From: Archangium sp.
GTDB taxonomy: Bacteria > Myxococcota > Myxococcia > Myxococcales > Myxococcaceae
Direction of reading: 5' to 3'
DNA: 64,000 nt
NCBI GenBank assembly: GCA_047600485.1
Contig: JASGKS010000001.1
Location: forward strand, 6,720,259 to 6,784,258
A program made the translations under genes and the position numbers. Shown in pieces: positions 29,518 through 39,388 of the stretch (positions are counted from its first letter, which is position 1; every line of letters starts with the position of its first letter). The notes below the pieces were generated by a model, which was given only the letters and a program-made list of their open reading frames with translations, had not been told where the DNA came from and ran no database searches.

Positions 29518-30641
29518 TGCGTCTGCTGTCGCTCTCGTACTCGCGCTTTCGCAACCTCGAGCCGCTGACGCTCGAGCCGTCGCCGCGCGCGACCATCGCC
29601 GTCGGGCAGAACGGCCAGGGCAAGACCAACTTGCTCGAGGGGCTGTACCTGCTCGCGACGTTGAAGCCGCTCCGCGCGAATCGGTTGAGTGAGTTGATTC
29701 GCTTCGGAGAGCACGACACGAAGGTGACCGGCCGCTTTCTCATCGCCGGCGCCGAGCGGGAAATCAGCGTCGAGGTGATTCCCGGTGGGCGCACCGCGTT
29801 CGTCGACGGAAAGCGCGCGTCGTCGCTCGAGGCGTATTTCGGCGGTGTGTCGGTGGTGGCGTTCACGCCCGATGACTTGTCGGTGGTGAAGGGCGGGCCC
29901 GATGGCCGCCGCGCGTTTCTCGATCGCAGCGTGTTCAACGTGCAGCCCGCGTATCTCGACGAGAGCCGCGAATACGGCCGTGCGTTGAAGAATCGAAATC
30001 GGCTGCTCAAAGACCGCGCGCCCATGAGTCACCTGCAGGCGTGGGACGCGACATTGTCGAAGCTCGGCGCGCGGCTGTGGGCGCGACGGCGAACGTTGAT
30101 GGTGTCGCTCGCCGAAAAAGCGCGCGCGGCGTTTCAGCGCATCGGCCGTTCGGAGCTGGAAGCGAGCTGGCTCTACGAGCCGTCGCACTTCGGTGAAGGC
30201 CTGGTGTTCGCCACCGCGTCGGAGAGCGAGCTGGCGGAGCGCATGTTGTCGCAGCTCGACGCGCGGCTGACCCGGGACGTCGAGCGCGGTTTCACGTCGG
30301 TGGGCCCGCACGCCGATGACGTCGACATCACGCTCGGAGAGAAAGCTGCACGCGCGTTCGCGAGTCAGGGCCAGAGCCGCGCGCTGGTGCTGGCGTGGAA
30401 GGTGGCGGAGATCGAACACCTGCGCGAGCGAAACGGCTTCATGCCGCTGCTGCTGCTCGACGACGTGTCGAGTGAGCTCGACCCCGAGCGCAACGCGTTC
30501 CTCATGAACTACCTCGCCGAGTCGGGTGCGCAGACGTTGCTGACGACGACCGATGCCGCGTTGGTGCAACGCGCGGCGGGCCCGGAGACGCGGTGGTTGA
30601 ACGTCGCGAACGGACGCATCGAGGTGCAGCCGTCGCCGTGA
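29517..30641 (+). CDS. recF: DNA replication and repair protein RecF
   Basis: MRLLSLSYSRFRNLEPLTL...GQNGQGKTNLLE Walker A and a C-terminal LLLLDDVSSELD D-loop. 374 aa. Confidence 0.85.
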   Translation: MRLLSLSYSRFRNLEPLTLEPSPRATIAVGQNGQGKTNLLEGLYLLATLKPLRANRLSELIRFGEHDTKVTGRFLIAGAEREISVEVIPGGRTAFVDGKRASSLEAYFGGVSVVAFTPDDLSVVKGGPDGRRAFLDRSVFNVQPAYLDESREYGRALKNRNRLLKDRAPMSHLQAWDATLSKLGARLWARRRTLMVSLAEKARAAFQRIGRSELEASWLYEPSHFGEGLVFATASESELAERMLSQLDARLTRDVERGFTSVGPHADDVDITLGEKAARAFASQGQSRALVLAWKVAEIEHLRERNGFMPLLLLDDVSSELDPERNAFLMNYLAESGAQTLLTTTDAALVQRAAGPETRWLNVANGRIEVQPSP

Positions 30642-30677
30642 ACGGAATGGAGTTCAGGCGTCGCTGTTGAGGGGAGC

Positions 30678-31385
30678 GTGCGCTCGACCCTGCTGGTGTT
30701 CGCGGTGCTCCTGAGTTCAGCGTGTGCTCGCAAGCCCGGCCCCGTCGAAGGGCTGTGGGTCGCGGCGGAAGACGAGGGATTTCTCGAGGTGGTGAAGCTC
30801 GACGAAGGGCGCTGGAGCTTCGCGCTCGCCGAGGAACCGACGACTTCGTATTGGCTCTGCGCGGCTGAGGGCGCGACTGGTGACCTGCAGTGCGCGGAGC
30901 GACTCGGTTGTTCGCGACGCGTGCGTATCGTTCCTTCGGGCGACGCAATGCAGGTGGTGTTCGGCGAGGGCTGGAGCGGAACGTGCGCAGTGAAGAGCAC
31001 GCAGCATGAGTGGCGGCTGCATCGCACCGACGCGCTGAAGATCGTGGTGCACCCCTGGGTCGAGGCGATGCGCGAGAGCGACCTGGGCGCGTCGGGCGGC
31101 CGAATGCTCTACGCCGCGCTGGGCCCCGACCCGATTCAGACCGCGACGTTGCTGCGAGATCGACTCGCGAAGGAGCTGCGCGCGGCGGACGTCGACGTGA
31201 GCACGCTGAGTCTCGACGACGCCTCGACGTTGCTCACCGGCATGCAGTTCAGCCTCGCGCTCTCGTGCGTCCAGCTGAGCCCGCTGGGAGATCGCTGTGC
31301 GTTGCCAGGAGAGAAGGAAGAAGACCCGCTCCCCGTCATCGATGCCGCGGCCAGAGAGAGCTGGCGCCGGTTCTCGACGAGATGA
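30678..31385 (+). CDS. Hypothetical lipoprotein
   Basis: MRSTLLVFAVLLSSAC lipobox. Confidence 0.5.
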   Translation: MRSTLLVFAVLLSSACARKPGPVEGLWVAAEDEGFLEVVKLDEGRWSFALAEEPTTSYWLCAAEGATGDLQCAERLGCSRRVRIVPSGDAMQVVFGEGWSGTCAVKSTQHEWRLHRTDALKIVVHPWVEAMRESDLGASGGRMLYAALGPDPIQTATLLRDRLAKELRAADVDVSTLSLDDASTLLTGMQFSLALSCVQLSPLGDRCALPGEKEEDPLPVIDAAARESWRRFSTR

Positions 31386-31395
31386 CCGCTCGCAC

Positions 31396-33960
31396 TCAGC
31401 GCAGCGGAACGCGGGTCTCGCCGACGCCGACGTCGACCACGCGCGCCTGACCGTCGGGCATCAAGAGCGTCACGCCCTTCACTTCACGCGCGCTGCTCAA
31501 CACCACCGCGTCCGCGTCGAGCGTGAGCCGCAGTTGCTGCACCGCGAGCAGATGCTCGGCGAGCGCGCGCAGCGTCGTGACCCACAGCTTGTTCTGCTTC
31601 TGATGTTTGCCGAGCCGCGCGAACACCTCGTCGGCCTCGTCACTCAAGCGATAGCCGTTGGGAATCTTCTCGAGGAGCGACCATTGGTCGAGCCGTGTGC
31701 CGGATTCCTCGATGAAGATGTCGAGGTAGGTGTGCGCGATGAGCAGGCCGCGTTCGTTCTCGAGCCGCTCGAGTGACTTCTGCGACAGCCGCTCGAAGAA
31801 CTCGCCGCGCTCGAGCGCCATCCACCGCGAGGGAAACAGCCACAGGTCGCCGGCGAGCGGGTGTTGGTAGAGCAGCGGCGTCTTCCCCGAGAAGAGATTC
31901 AAGTCCTTCAGGTGGTCGTCGTCGCCGCTCCATGCGTAGCGAAACTTCGCGTCGGTCAACGCCTTCAGCGTGTCGGCGCGCCCGGAGTTGGTGAGCGCTT
32001 CGCAGTTCGTCGTGGGCTGATGATCGATCCACGTGGTCGGCTTGAACTTCGCGAGCAGCTCGAGCCCCTCGACCGTCTTCTCGGGCGAATCAGGATCTCC
32101 CGAAGCGGAGTGTGAGCCGATCTCGATTCCGTCGGCGGCGAGCGCGTCGAGCAGCTCAACGAAGCGCGGGTCTTCCAGCTGCGCGGCGTAGCCATTCGAC
32201 GGCAGTGAGAACACCGCCTTGGTCATCGTCAGCCCGCGATTGGCGAAGCCCTTGTTGCCTCCGCGCGCGGCGAGCGGCGCCTTGTACGTCGATTTGCCGT
32301 ACATCAACGCGCCGAGCCGCGTGACGTTGGCTTGATCAGCGTGATCAGTCAGCACGAACGCCGCGCGAAAACCGTTCGGAAAACGCGACAGCAGCGGAAC
32401 GCTCGTGGTGCCGGGCAGCACCTGCAGCGACACGCTCAGCTTCTCACCGGCGATCACCTTGCGCGCCGAGAGGTCGACTTGCGGAGGCCGCGTGACGATG
32501 GGCTTGTCGGTCGCTTCCTTCACGCACTCGCTCCACAGATGAAACGGGTGCGAGGTCGCCACGTCGACGTCGAGGCGCAGCTTCGAGCTCGTGAGCGACA
32601 TCGCCTGCGCATGACCGATGAACGTCACGTCATCGAGCACCGCCACCTGCGGCGTCAGCGCATCGGCTCGCACCGGCGGCGCGCGGAACTTGAAGTTCTC
32701 GTCGAGCATCTTCGGCTTCGACGCGACGACCGGCAGCTCGACCCACGCGCTCTGGACTTCTCCGCTCTTCGAAAAGGTGACGGTGGTGTCGATGCCCCGA
32801 GTGGTGGCGTCGAACTTCCAGCTCGCGCTCGGCGTAACGAGCGTCGCGACGAAGCCGCCGTCGGTGCGTTCCCATCGCGCGTCCTTCGCGTCTTCGGTGG
32901 GCAGGCCGTTCAGCTGCACGTGCGCTTCAGGTTTCAGCGCGAGCGGCGTTCCTCCATCGGGGCGCGCGAGCGCGAGCGTGGTGCCGTCGAGCGTGAGCGA
33001 CCAGCTGCCGCTCTCATCGCGAGTCGGAGCTGGAGACGGAGGCGGCGCTCGCGACTTGCCGCGCTCGAGCATCAGCGCATGCAGTGACTGACCGAATTCC
33101 TGAAACGCGGGGTCGTCTTTGTCGAGCCCCTTCATGACGATGGCGACGATGTAGCGAGCGCCGGGCGACTCGATGAGCATGCCCTCGGCGATCTCCTTCC
33201 CGAGGATGCCGGGCTTCCCGTAGTACTCGGTGTCGCCGAAGCGCTTCTGAATGCCCTTCGAGAACAGCGCGAGGCCCGCGTTGTGAAACACCGACTTGAT
33301 CAGCCGCGAGTCGTCGGGAGTGACGAGCTTTCCCTGCTCCATCATCAAGAAGTAGCGAGCGACCTGGCGCGCGGTGGCGGCGATGCGCAGCTGGCCTTTG
33401 GGGCTCTTCGGCCACGGAGCCGACGGCGTCCACCACAGCCCTCCGGCCTTCTCGTCGTAGAGCTTGTGACGCGCGACGGCCTCGACGATCGACGCGTGCG
33501 TGGCCCACGCAAACAACGCGCTCGCGTCTTCGTTCGACGACGCCTTGATCATCCGGTCCATCGACGCGCGCAGGTTGATCAACTGCTGCGGCTGCTTCGT
33601 GACGTGCGCCTTGTCGACCACTCCGAGGAGGATGGCGATTTTCCCGAGCGAGGCGGGGAACGTCTCCCAGTCAGGACGCACCGCGGCGGCGGCGAGCGCG
33701 TGAGGATTCGTCAGATCCACCAGCACCAGCGAGAGCTGTTCATCGGCGAGCGCCTTCGCGAACGCAGGCCGCGCTTTCAACAGCGCGTCGACCTGCGCCT
33801 GCAGCTCTTCGTCGGGAGCGCCCCAGAGATCGGTCTCGAGATCACCCTTCGCGTCGAAGAGCGAGAGCTTCTCGGGGCCGGAGTGCTTCTTGATCTTCTG
33901 CGCGTGCGCGACGCCAGCGAAGGCGAAGGTCACGATGATCAACACCCACGCGCGCATCAC
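31396..33960 (-). CDS. Large secreted protein with N-terminal class-A beta-lactamase-like serine-hydrolase domain and possible C-terminal CE4/NodB-like domain
   Basis: Signal peptide MMRAWVLIIVTFAFAGVAHA. SxxK-like ASLGK and SSNED loop. C-terminal motifs LTDHAD, IGSHS, LLIAHT resemble deacetylase motifs. This is a tentative call. Confidence 0.5.
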   Translation of the reverse strand: MMRAWVLIIVTFAFAGVAHAQKIKKHSGPEKLSLFDAKGDLETDLWGAPDEELQAQVDALLKARPAFAKALADEQLSLVLVDLTNPHALAAAAVRPDWETFPASLGKIAILLGVVDKAHVTKQPQQLINLRASMDRMIKASSNEDASALFAWATHASIVEAVARHKLYDEKAGGLWWTPSAPWPKSPKGQLRIAATARQVARYFLMMEQGKLVTPDDSRLIKSVFHNAGLALFSKGIQKRFGDTEYYGKPGILGKEIAEGMLIESPGARYIVAIVMKGLDKDDPAFQEFGQSLHALMLERGKSRAPPPSPAPTRDESGSWSLTLDGTTLALARPDGGTPLALKPEAHVQLNGLPTEDAKDARWERTDGGFVATLVTPSASWKFDATTRGIDTTVTFSKSGEVQSAWVELPVVASKPKMLDENFKFRAPPVRADALTPQVAVLDDVTFIGHAQAMSLTSSKLRLDVDVATSHPFHLWSECVKEATDKPIVTRPPQVDLSARKVIAGEKLSVSLQVLPGTTSVPLLSRFPNGFRAAFVLTDHADQANVTRLGALMYGKSTYKAPLAARGGNKGFANRGLTMTKAVFSLPSNGYAAQLEDPRFVELLDALAADGIEIGSHSASGDPDSPEKTVEGLELLAKFKPTTWIDHQPTTNCEALTNSGRADTLKALTDAKFRYAWSGDDDHLKDLNLFSGKTPLLYQHPLAGDLWLFPSRWMALERGEFFERLSQKSLERLENERGLLIAHTYLDIFIEESGTRLDQWSLLEKIPNGYRLSDEADEVFARLGKHQKQNKLWVTTLRALAEHLLAVQQLRLTLDADAVVLSSAREVKGVTLLMPDGQARVVDVGVGETRVPLR

Positions 33961-35147
33961 TTCGTCTTCACGCAGTTGGCGATGATCAGGTGGTCGTTTT
34001 TCTGCTCGGTGCCATCGGCGTAGCCGAACCGCATCGGCACCTTCTTCGCGTTCTCGAACAGCGCCTTCACTTCGTCGACGTGCGGATCATTCTGCGCCTC
34101 GACGAGGAACGGCTTCTCGAATTTCCCGAACGCTTCGACCTTGCAGCCCTTCTCCTTCCATTCCGAAGGAGGCACGCCGGTCGAGTCGCTCACCATGAAC
34201 ACCGCGTTGGCGAGCAGCCAGTTGGTCAGCTTGCTGAAGCCGCCGTCCCACAAGAGGTAGCTCGCGGCCTTGGTCATGGCGGTGACGCGGCCCTTCTTCT
34301 CGAGATGCGCGATGAGCCCTGCCGGCAATTTCTTGTTCGCGAGGTTGGCGGCGAAGTGGCGATGAATGCGCGGAGTCGCGTCGCGCTGACCCTTCGGCAC
34401 GAACTGCACCTCGACGTTCGCGAACGCCGGAGAGAAGTCAGGGCTCTTCCACTCGTCGTTGAGCTTCTTCGCCTTCTTGCCGTCGAGCGCGTCGATGTCG
34501 TCGAGCGTGAGGTAGTGCAGAGAGCCGTCACTCTCGAGGCGGAAGAAGCGCACTGAGACCGGCTCCTGGCCTGCGAGCGCGAGCCCCATGAGATGCATCG
34601 AGAGCTGCGCCGGCAATTCACCGCGCTGCGCGTCGGACATCTCTTCGGAGACCGAGTCGTTGTTGATGAGCGTCGACTCGCTGACGTCGGCGATGACCTT
34701 GAGCGACTTCTTCAGCACCTTCGCGTCGCTCAACGACTTCCACCGTCGCGGGTCGCCGGCGAGCTCGAGCGAGATGGTGGTGACTTCCTGCGCCTCCGGG
34801 AAGAGCTGCAGCGCCGACATCAAGTCGCCACCGCCGAACGGGTACACCACCGAGGTCGGGAGGCCGGCCGGTTTGTGCGGAGTGAGAAAGCCGTTCGCCT
34901 TCTTCCCCCACTTCGAGGTGAAGCGGTCGTAGCGGCGCTTCTGCTTCACGCACCACTTGTCGACCACGCTCGCGTCGATGCCCGATGGCGTCGCCTGGCA
35001 GGTCACCAACTCGAAGATGGGGCGAACGTCGTCGATGAACTCCGCGGGCGCGGGCGAAGCGACCGCGGGTTGATCAGCCGCGGCCAACGTCAATGCGAGA
35101 GCGAGTCCGAACACGCCTTCGAAGAAGACCACGAAAGCGCGGGCCAC
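33957..35147 (-). CDS. Secreted hypothetical protein
   Basis: Signal peptide. 4-nt overlap with the upstream 854-aa gene. Confidence 0.55.
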   Translation of the reverse strand: MARAFVVFFEGVFGLALALTLAAADQPAVASPAPAEFIDDVRPIFELVTCQATPSGIDASVVDKWCVKQKRRYDRFTSKWGKKANGFLTPHKPAGLPTSVVYPFGGGDLMSALQLFPEAQEVTTISLELAGDPRRWKSLSDAKVLKKSLKVIADVSESTLINNDSVSEEMSDAQRGELPAQLSMHLMGLALAGQEPVSVRFFRLESDGSLHYLTLDDIDALDGKKAKKLNDEWKSPDFSPAFANVEVQFVPKGQRDATPRIHRHFAANLANKKLPAGLIAHLEKKGRVTAMTKAASYLLWDGGFSKLTNWLLANAVFMVSDSTGVPPSEWKEKGCKVEAFGKFEKPFLVEAQNDPHVDEVKALFENAKKVPMRFGYADGTEQKNDHLIIANCVKTK

Positions 35148-35177
35148 TCGATTTCGTGACCCGCCCGAATTGCATCC

Positions 35178-35657
35178 TCACTTCGCCGGCGGGAGCAAGA
35201 CCGCGTCGACGATGTGCACGATTCCGTTGCCGGCGCGGGCCGAGCCGAGAATCTGCGCGTCGTTCACGTACGTCTTTCCGTCCTTCACGTGGAAGACGAC
35301 GTTGCCGCCGTTCGCAACGCCCAGCTTCATGCCTTCCTTCATGGAGCGCACTTCGTAGACCGACACCGCCACGTGGAACTTGAGGATGTTCTGGAGCGCT
35401 TCTTTGCTCTCCGGCTTCATCAAGCCATCGAGCGTTCCTTTGGGGAGCTTGTCGAACGCTGCGTTGGTGGGCGCGAACACCGTGAACGGTCCGGCGTTCT
35501 GCAGAGAACGCACGTACTCGGCGGCCTTGAGCGCTGTGACGAGCGTGGTGTGGTCAGGCGAGCTCACGGCGATGTCGACCACCGTCGCGGGAGGTGCGTC
35601 GGCCGCGAGTGTGAACGACGAGAGGAGACAGATGATGGCGAGGGAAGTGCTTCGCAT
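35178..35657 (-). CDS. Fasciclin (FAS1) domain protein, secreted
   Basis: Signal peptide plus FAS1 motifs (TVFAPTNAAF, GIVHIVDAVLLP). Sits 34 nt downstream of nosY. Confidence 0.8.
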   Translation of the reverse strand: MRSTSLAIICLLSSFTLAADAPPATVVDIAVSSPDHTTLVTALKAAEYVRSLQNAGPFTVFAPTNAAFDKLPKGTLDGLMKPESKEALQNILKFHVAVSVYEVRSMKEGMKLGVANGGNVVFHVKDGKTYVNDAQILGSARAGNGIVHIVDAVLLPPAK

Positions 35658-35690
35658 GTGAACCTCCGGGTGCGACGTGAAAGCAGGGCC

Positions 35691-36524
35691 TCAAGCAATG
35701 AGGTCCATGCGCTGCGCTCGACGGAGCGCAGCAAGCGTGGCGATGGTGCCCAGCGCGGCGGGCCAGGCGATGGCGACCGTCAGCGCGAGTGCCGGGCCCA
35801 GCGTGTTGGCGAGCCAGAAGCCGACGGGGCCGAGCACTGACAGCTCGGGGTCGGTGCTCGCCAGAATTCCCACGCGCGCGGCTTCGACGGGGTTGATGGC
35901 CGAGAGCGCGAAGACGAGCTGCGGCGGCAACGAGGTTCGCAGCAGCACGGTGATGAGCAGCACATCGTGGAGCGCCGCGGTGACGACGAAGAGCAGCAGC
36001 GACCACACCATCGCGCGCTCGGCGTTGCGCGCCCAGGTTGAGATGAACAGACCCAGGCCGATGAACGCGAAGACCAGCGCCACGCTGACCCCGACGCTCT
36101 TGAAGGCGATGACGGCCAACCCGGGTTCGGGCTCGACGAAGAACGCGGCGACGAAGCTGCCGATGAGCAGCACGAGCAGCGGGCCGACGAGCACGATGAG
36201 CCGCGAGACGAGCAGCGAGAAGAACCACGTCGAGCGCTTCACCGGCTGGGTGAGCATCAGCTCGCAGAAGCCGCTGGTGCGCGCGCGCACGACGGCAGCG
36301 TGGGTGGCCACCAGCACCACCAACGGAAACACGAGGATGATGGCGTTGGCGAGATTGAGCAGCACTCGCGAGAGACCGGTGAAGCCGAGCACGGTCGACT
36401 CGCGCAGGCCGAACCACACGAAGGCCCCGGCGAGCCCGAGGTAGATCAACCCGGTCAGCGCCACCCAGCGCGAGCGGAGCGCGTCGGCAAGCTCGAGCCG
36501 AAGGAACGCAGCGAAGGGACTCAT
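35691..36524 (-). CDS. nosY: ABC-2 type permease NosY
   Basis: Six-TM ABC-2 permease. Its start ATG overlaps the nosL stop (ATGA). Confidence 0.75.
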   Translation of the reverse strand: MSPFAAFLRLELADALRSRWVALTGLIYLGLAGAFVWFGLRESTVLGFTGLSRVLLNLANAIILVFPLVVLVATHAAVVRARTSGFCELMLTQPVKRSTWFFSLLVSRLIVLVGPLLVLLIGSFVAAFFVEPEPGLAVIAFKSVGVSVALVFAFIGLGLFISTWARNAERAMVWSLLLFVVTAALHDVLLITVLLRTSLPPQLVFALSAINPVEAARVGILASTDPELSVLGPVGFWLANTLGPALALTVAIAWPAALGTIATLAALRRAQRMDLIA

Positions 36525-36949
36525 GGCAACACCTGCTCGGTGCCCGGCCGCGCCTTCTTCGCGACAGCCGCGCGCACCTCGTCGAAGCCCACGCCCTCGT
36601 TGGCCGGGAGGAAGCCGAAGTCCATCGGGGTCTTGCCCGCCGCGAAGCGCGTCTGCGCGGGGTCCACCCACCCTTCTCCACGCGGATCACGGACCCAGCG
36701 CGCGACGACCTGAGGGTGCTCGCGGTCTTCCCACGAGATGAGACAACCGACGTCGTCGAAGAACTTTCGCTGGCCGTTCTCGAGCAACAGCTGCGCGCTC
36801 GGCGCCTTCTCGCTCACCAGCATCGAGCAGTGCGCGCACGCCTGCTTTCCCCACCAGGGTTCCTGCGGAGCGGCCGGCCCGCGCGCGCAAGCGGTGGCGA
36901 GCAACACCACCGCGACGAGCCGATTCCAGGTCATCGCGGAGCACTTCAT
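36521..36949 (-). CDS. nosL: Copper chaperone lipoprotein NosL
   Basis: Lipoprotein signal (LLATAC). CAHCSM and DDVGC motifs typical of the NosL family. Confidence 0.7.
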   Translation of the reverse strand: MKCSAMTWNRLVAVVLLATACARGPAAPQEPWWGKQACAHCSMLVSEKAPSAQLLLENGQRKFFDDVGCLISWEDREHPQVVARWVRDPRGEGWVDPAQTRFAAGKTPMDFGFLPANEGVGFDEVRAAVAKKARPGTEQVLP

Positions 36950-37650
36950 CGGACACCTCCCGGGCGCAGCGTGATGACGTTGTCGACGCTGGCCTGCGCG
37001 CCCCACTGCATGTGTTCGAGCGCGGCGTCCTGCACCACGCGGCCCTCGTCGAGCTGCACCACGCGCTGCACGAGGTGACGCACCTCATCGACGCGGTGGC
37101 TGCACAGCACGAGAATCGACGTCGCGGGCCGCGCGAGCACGTCGTCGAAGAAGGCGTTCCGCGCCGCGGCGTCGAGGTTGGCGGTCGGCTCGTCGCACAC
37201 CAGCACCGGCGCTTCGGCGGTCAGCGCCAGCGCGGCGAGCAGCTTCTGCTTCATGCCGCCCGAGAGGTCGCGCACGCGCGTCTTCGCCACGGCGTCGAGG
37301 TCGAGCCCGAGCCGCCGCGCACGCAACGCACACGCCCCCGGCTCGCGCGAGCGCAGGGCGCAGAACGCAGTGACCAATTCCCGCACCGGCGCGTCGAGCG
37401 GCGGAGCGACCTGGGGCATGCACGCCAGACTGCGCAGGGCGACCTCGGGTTCGCGCGCGACGTCACTCCCGAACAAGGTGACGCGCCCCTCGACGCGCAG
37501 CAACCCACACAGCGCGCGCAGCAGCGTGGTCTTGCCCGAGCCGTTGGTGCCGACGAGAGCCACGCGCTCACCGGGCTTGATGTCGAGCGACACCGCGTCG
37601 AGCGCACGCACGCGGCCAAACGTCTTGCTCACGTTCTGAAAGGAGATCAT
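36946..37650 (-). CDS. nosF: ABC transporter ATP-binding protein NosF
   Basis: Walker A GTNGSGKTT, LSGGMKQK signature, Walker B LVCDEP. Confidence 0.85.
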   Translation of the reverse strand: MISFQNVSKTFGRVRALDAVSLDIKPGERVALVGTNGSGKTTLLRALCGLLRVEGRVTLFGSDVAREPEVALRSLACMPQVAPPLDAPVRELVTAFCALRSREPGACALRARRLGLDLDAVAKTRVRDLSGGMKQKLLAALALTAEAPVLVCDEPTANLDAAARNAFFDDVLARPATSILVLCSHRVDEVRHLVQRVVQLDEGRVVQDAALEHMQWGAQASVDNVITLRPGGVR

Positions 37651-38888
37651 CGCGGCACCTCACGGTGGGGACGCATCGCGGGCGTCGGGTCTTGCAGCAG
37701 CAACGTCGCGCCGAAGTACGGCAACGCCGAGGCCACCGCGTCGTAGAGCCCGAAGGCCGCGGTGCCGTGGAACCAGTGGAGCTCGGGGTGGGCGTCGCTG
37801 ATGCCCGAAGACGCGCGCTTCACCTGGAACGCGACGTCACCCACGCCGTCGGAGTCGAGGTCGTAGCCGGCGTACGCCGCCCAGTGGTTGCCCGCGAAGT
37901 CGATGCCCAGCGCGTCGCCGTTCCCGTCGACCTCGACCAGCGCGTCGTTGTCGAGGAAGTCGTTGTCGGTGAACCGCGCGCCTCGCTCGCTGGAATGGGT
38001 GCGCAGCGCGCAGGCGTTGAGCGCCAGCATGTTCTCTTCGAACACCACCGGCTGCTTCGGGTCGCGCGGCGTGTAGTCGAGGTACAGGCCGGTGGTGTTG
38101 GCGACGATGGCGTTGCGGCGCAGCGTCACTGCGTCGCTTTCCTTGAAGCCGATGCCCATGCCCGCTGGCCCGCGCGCGCCAGACAGCTCGTTGTCCTCGG
38201 CGAGCACGCGGGCCGAGTACATGAAGAAGATGCCGACGGTGTTGCCGCGGAGCACGCTGCGCCGCACCGTCGAGTCGTGCGCGTACATGAAGTGCGTGCC
38301 GTAGCGGCCGCCGGTGATGCGGTTGTCTTCCAGCGTGACGTGGCGCGAGTACCAGACGACGAGGTCGCGCACGCCGCGCACGTCGAGCCGCCGCACCGTC
38401 GAGCCGTGCGCTTCCCACAGCTTCACGCCGTCGCCGCGCTGGTTCTCTTCGATCTCCGCGCGCCCCTCGATGCGGGTGTCCTCGAGCAGACAGGCGTGGC
38501 ACTGCTCGAACGCAATTCCATACAGCGTGTCACGCACCGCGACGCGACGGACGGTGGCGCGCTCTCCGGTGAGCTTGAGCGCGCCGTCTTCGAACGACAC
38601 GCGCGCGCCGGAGCCCTGGAAGGTGACGTCTTCCACCACCACGTCGTCGCCGTGAATGCGCAGGATGGTGGCCTTGCCGCTGCCCTGCAGCACGGCGTTC
38701 TCGCAGCCGTGAAGCGCGAGGCCACGCTTCACCTCGAAGTCACCCTGCACCGTGCCGCCGATCCACACGTCGCGGTCGCTGCCCTCGAGCGCGGCCTTCA
38801 ACGACGCCGCGTCACGGCTGGCGTTGGGAGGGCACGGCGGCGAGAGCGGACCGGCGGCGGTCAGCAGCGTGAGGAGCAGGGCGCTCAC
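37647..38888 (-). CDS. nosD: Periplasmic parallel beta-helix protein NosD
   Basis: Signal peptide plus repeated right-handed beta-helix units (NxxxGIxxxxS-type). Overlaps nosF by 4 nt. Confidence 0.8.
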   Translation of the reverse strand: MSALLLTLLTAAGPLSPPCPPNASRDAASLKAALEGSDRDVWIGGTVQGDFEVKRGLALHGCENAVLQGSGKATILRIHGDDVVVEDVTFQGSGARVSFEDGALKLTGERATVRRVAVRDTLYGIAFEQCHACLLEDTRIEGRAEIEENQRGDGVKLWEAHGSTVRRLDVRGVRDLVVWYSRHVTLEDNRITGGRYGTHFMYAHDSTVRRSVLRGNTVGIFFMYSARVLAEDNELSGARGPAGMGIGFKESDAVTLRRNAIVANTTGLYLDYTPRDPKQPVVFEENMLALNACALRTHSSERGARFTDNDFLDNDALVEVDGNGDALGIDFAGNHWAAYAGYDLDSDGVGDVAFQVKRASSGISDAHPELHWFHGTAAFGLYDAVASALPYFGATLLLQDPTPAMRPHREVPR

Positions 38889-38889
38889 G

Positions 38890-39348
38890 TCATTTCTCCA
38901 CGCTCTTGAGGTAGCTCAAGATGAATGGGAGCTCGGTCTGCGGGTTCACGCCCTGGTTCGGCATCGGCGTGAGGTGCTCGACGAAGGGCTTCTTGGCGGT
39001 CTCGTCGTCTTTGATCATCACGTCGGGGCGCAGAATCATCTTCTTGATCCACGTTTCGTCGCGGCGCGCGGTGACGCCCTTGAGATCAGGACCGACGAGC
39101 TTGCCGCCGCCGATCTTGTGACACGCCGAGCAACCCTTGGCGGCGAACGTCTCCTCGCCCTTCTTGATGTCGGCGGGCGCGGTGCTGATGGTGAAGGTCG
39201 GCACTTCGATCTCCACCTTCGCGGGCGCCGCGGGCTCGGCCGGTGCGGGAGCCGCGACCGCCTGCGGCTCGGGTGATTTGGGCGCTTCGGTCGGCTTTTC
39301 GTTGCACGCGGACAACACGAGTCCCGCGGCGAGGATGATTCGCTTCAT
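38890..39348 (-). CDS. Monoheme c-type cytochrome lipoprotein (clade II nos-associated)
   Basis: Lipobox LSAC. Single CSACH heme motif. The Met ligand is in MILRPDVM. Confidence 0.8.
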   Translation of the reverse strand: MKRIILAAGLVLSACNEKPTEAPKSPEPQAVAAPAPAEPAAPAKVEIEVPTFTISTAPADIKKGEETFAAKGCSACHKIGGGKLVGPDLKGVTARRDETWIKKMILRPDVMIKDDETAKKPFVEHLTPMPNQGVNPQTELPFILSYLKSVEK

Positions 39349-39388
39349 GACTGCTCTCCTGGTGGTGAACGGGTGAGGTGGGAACCGG

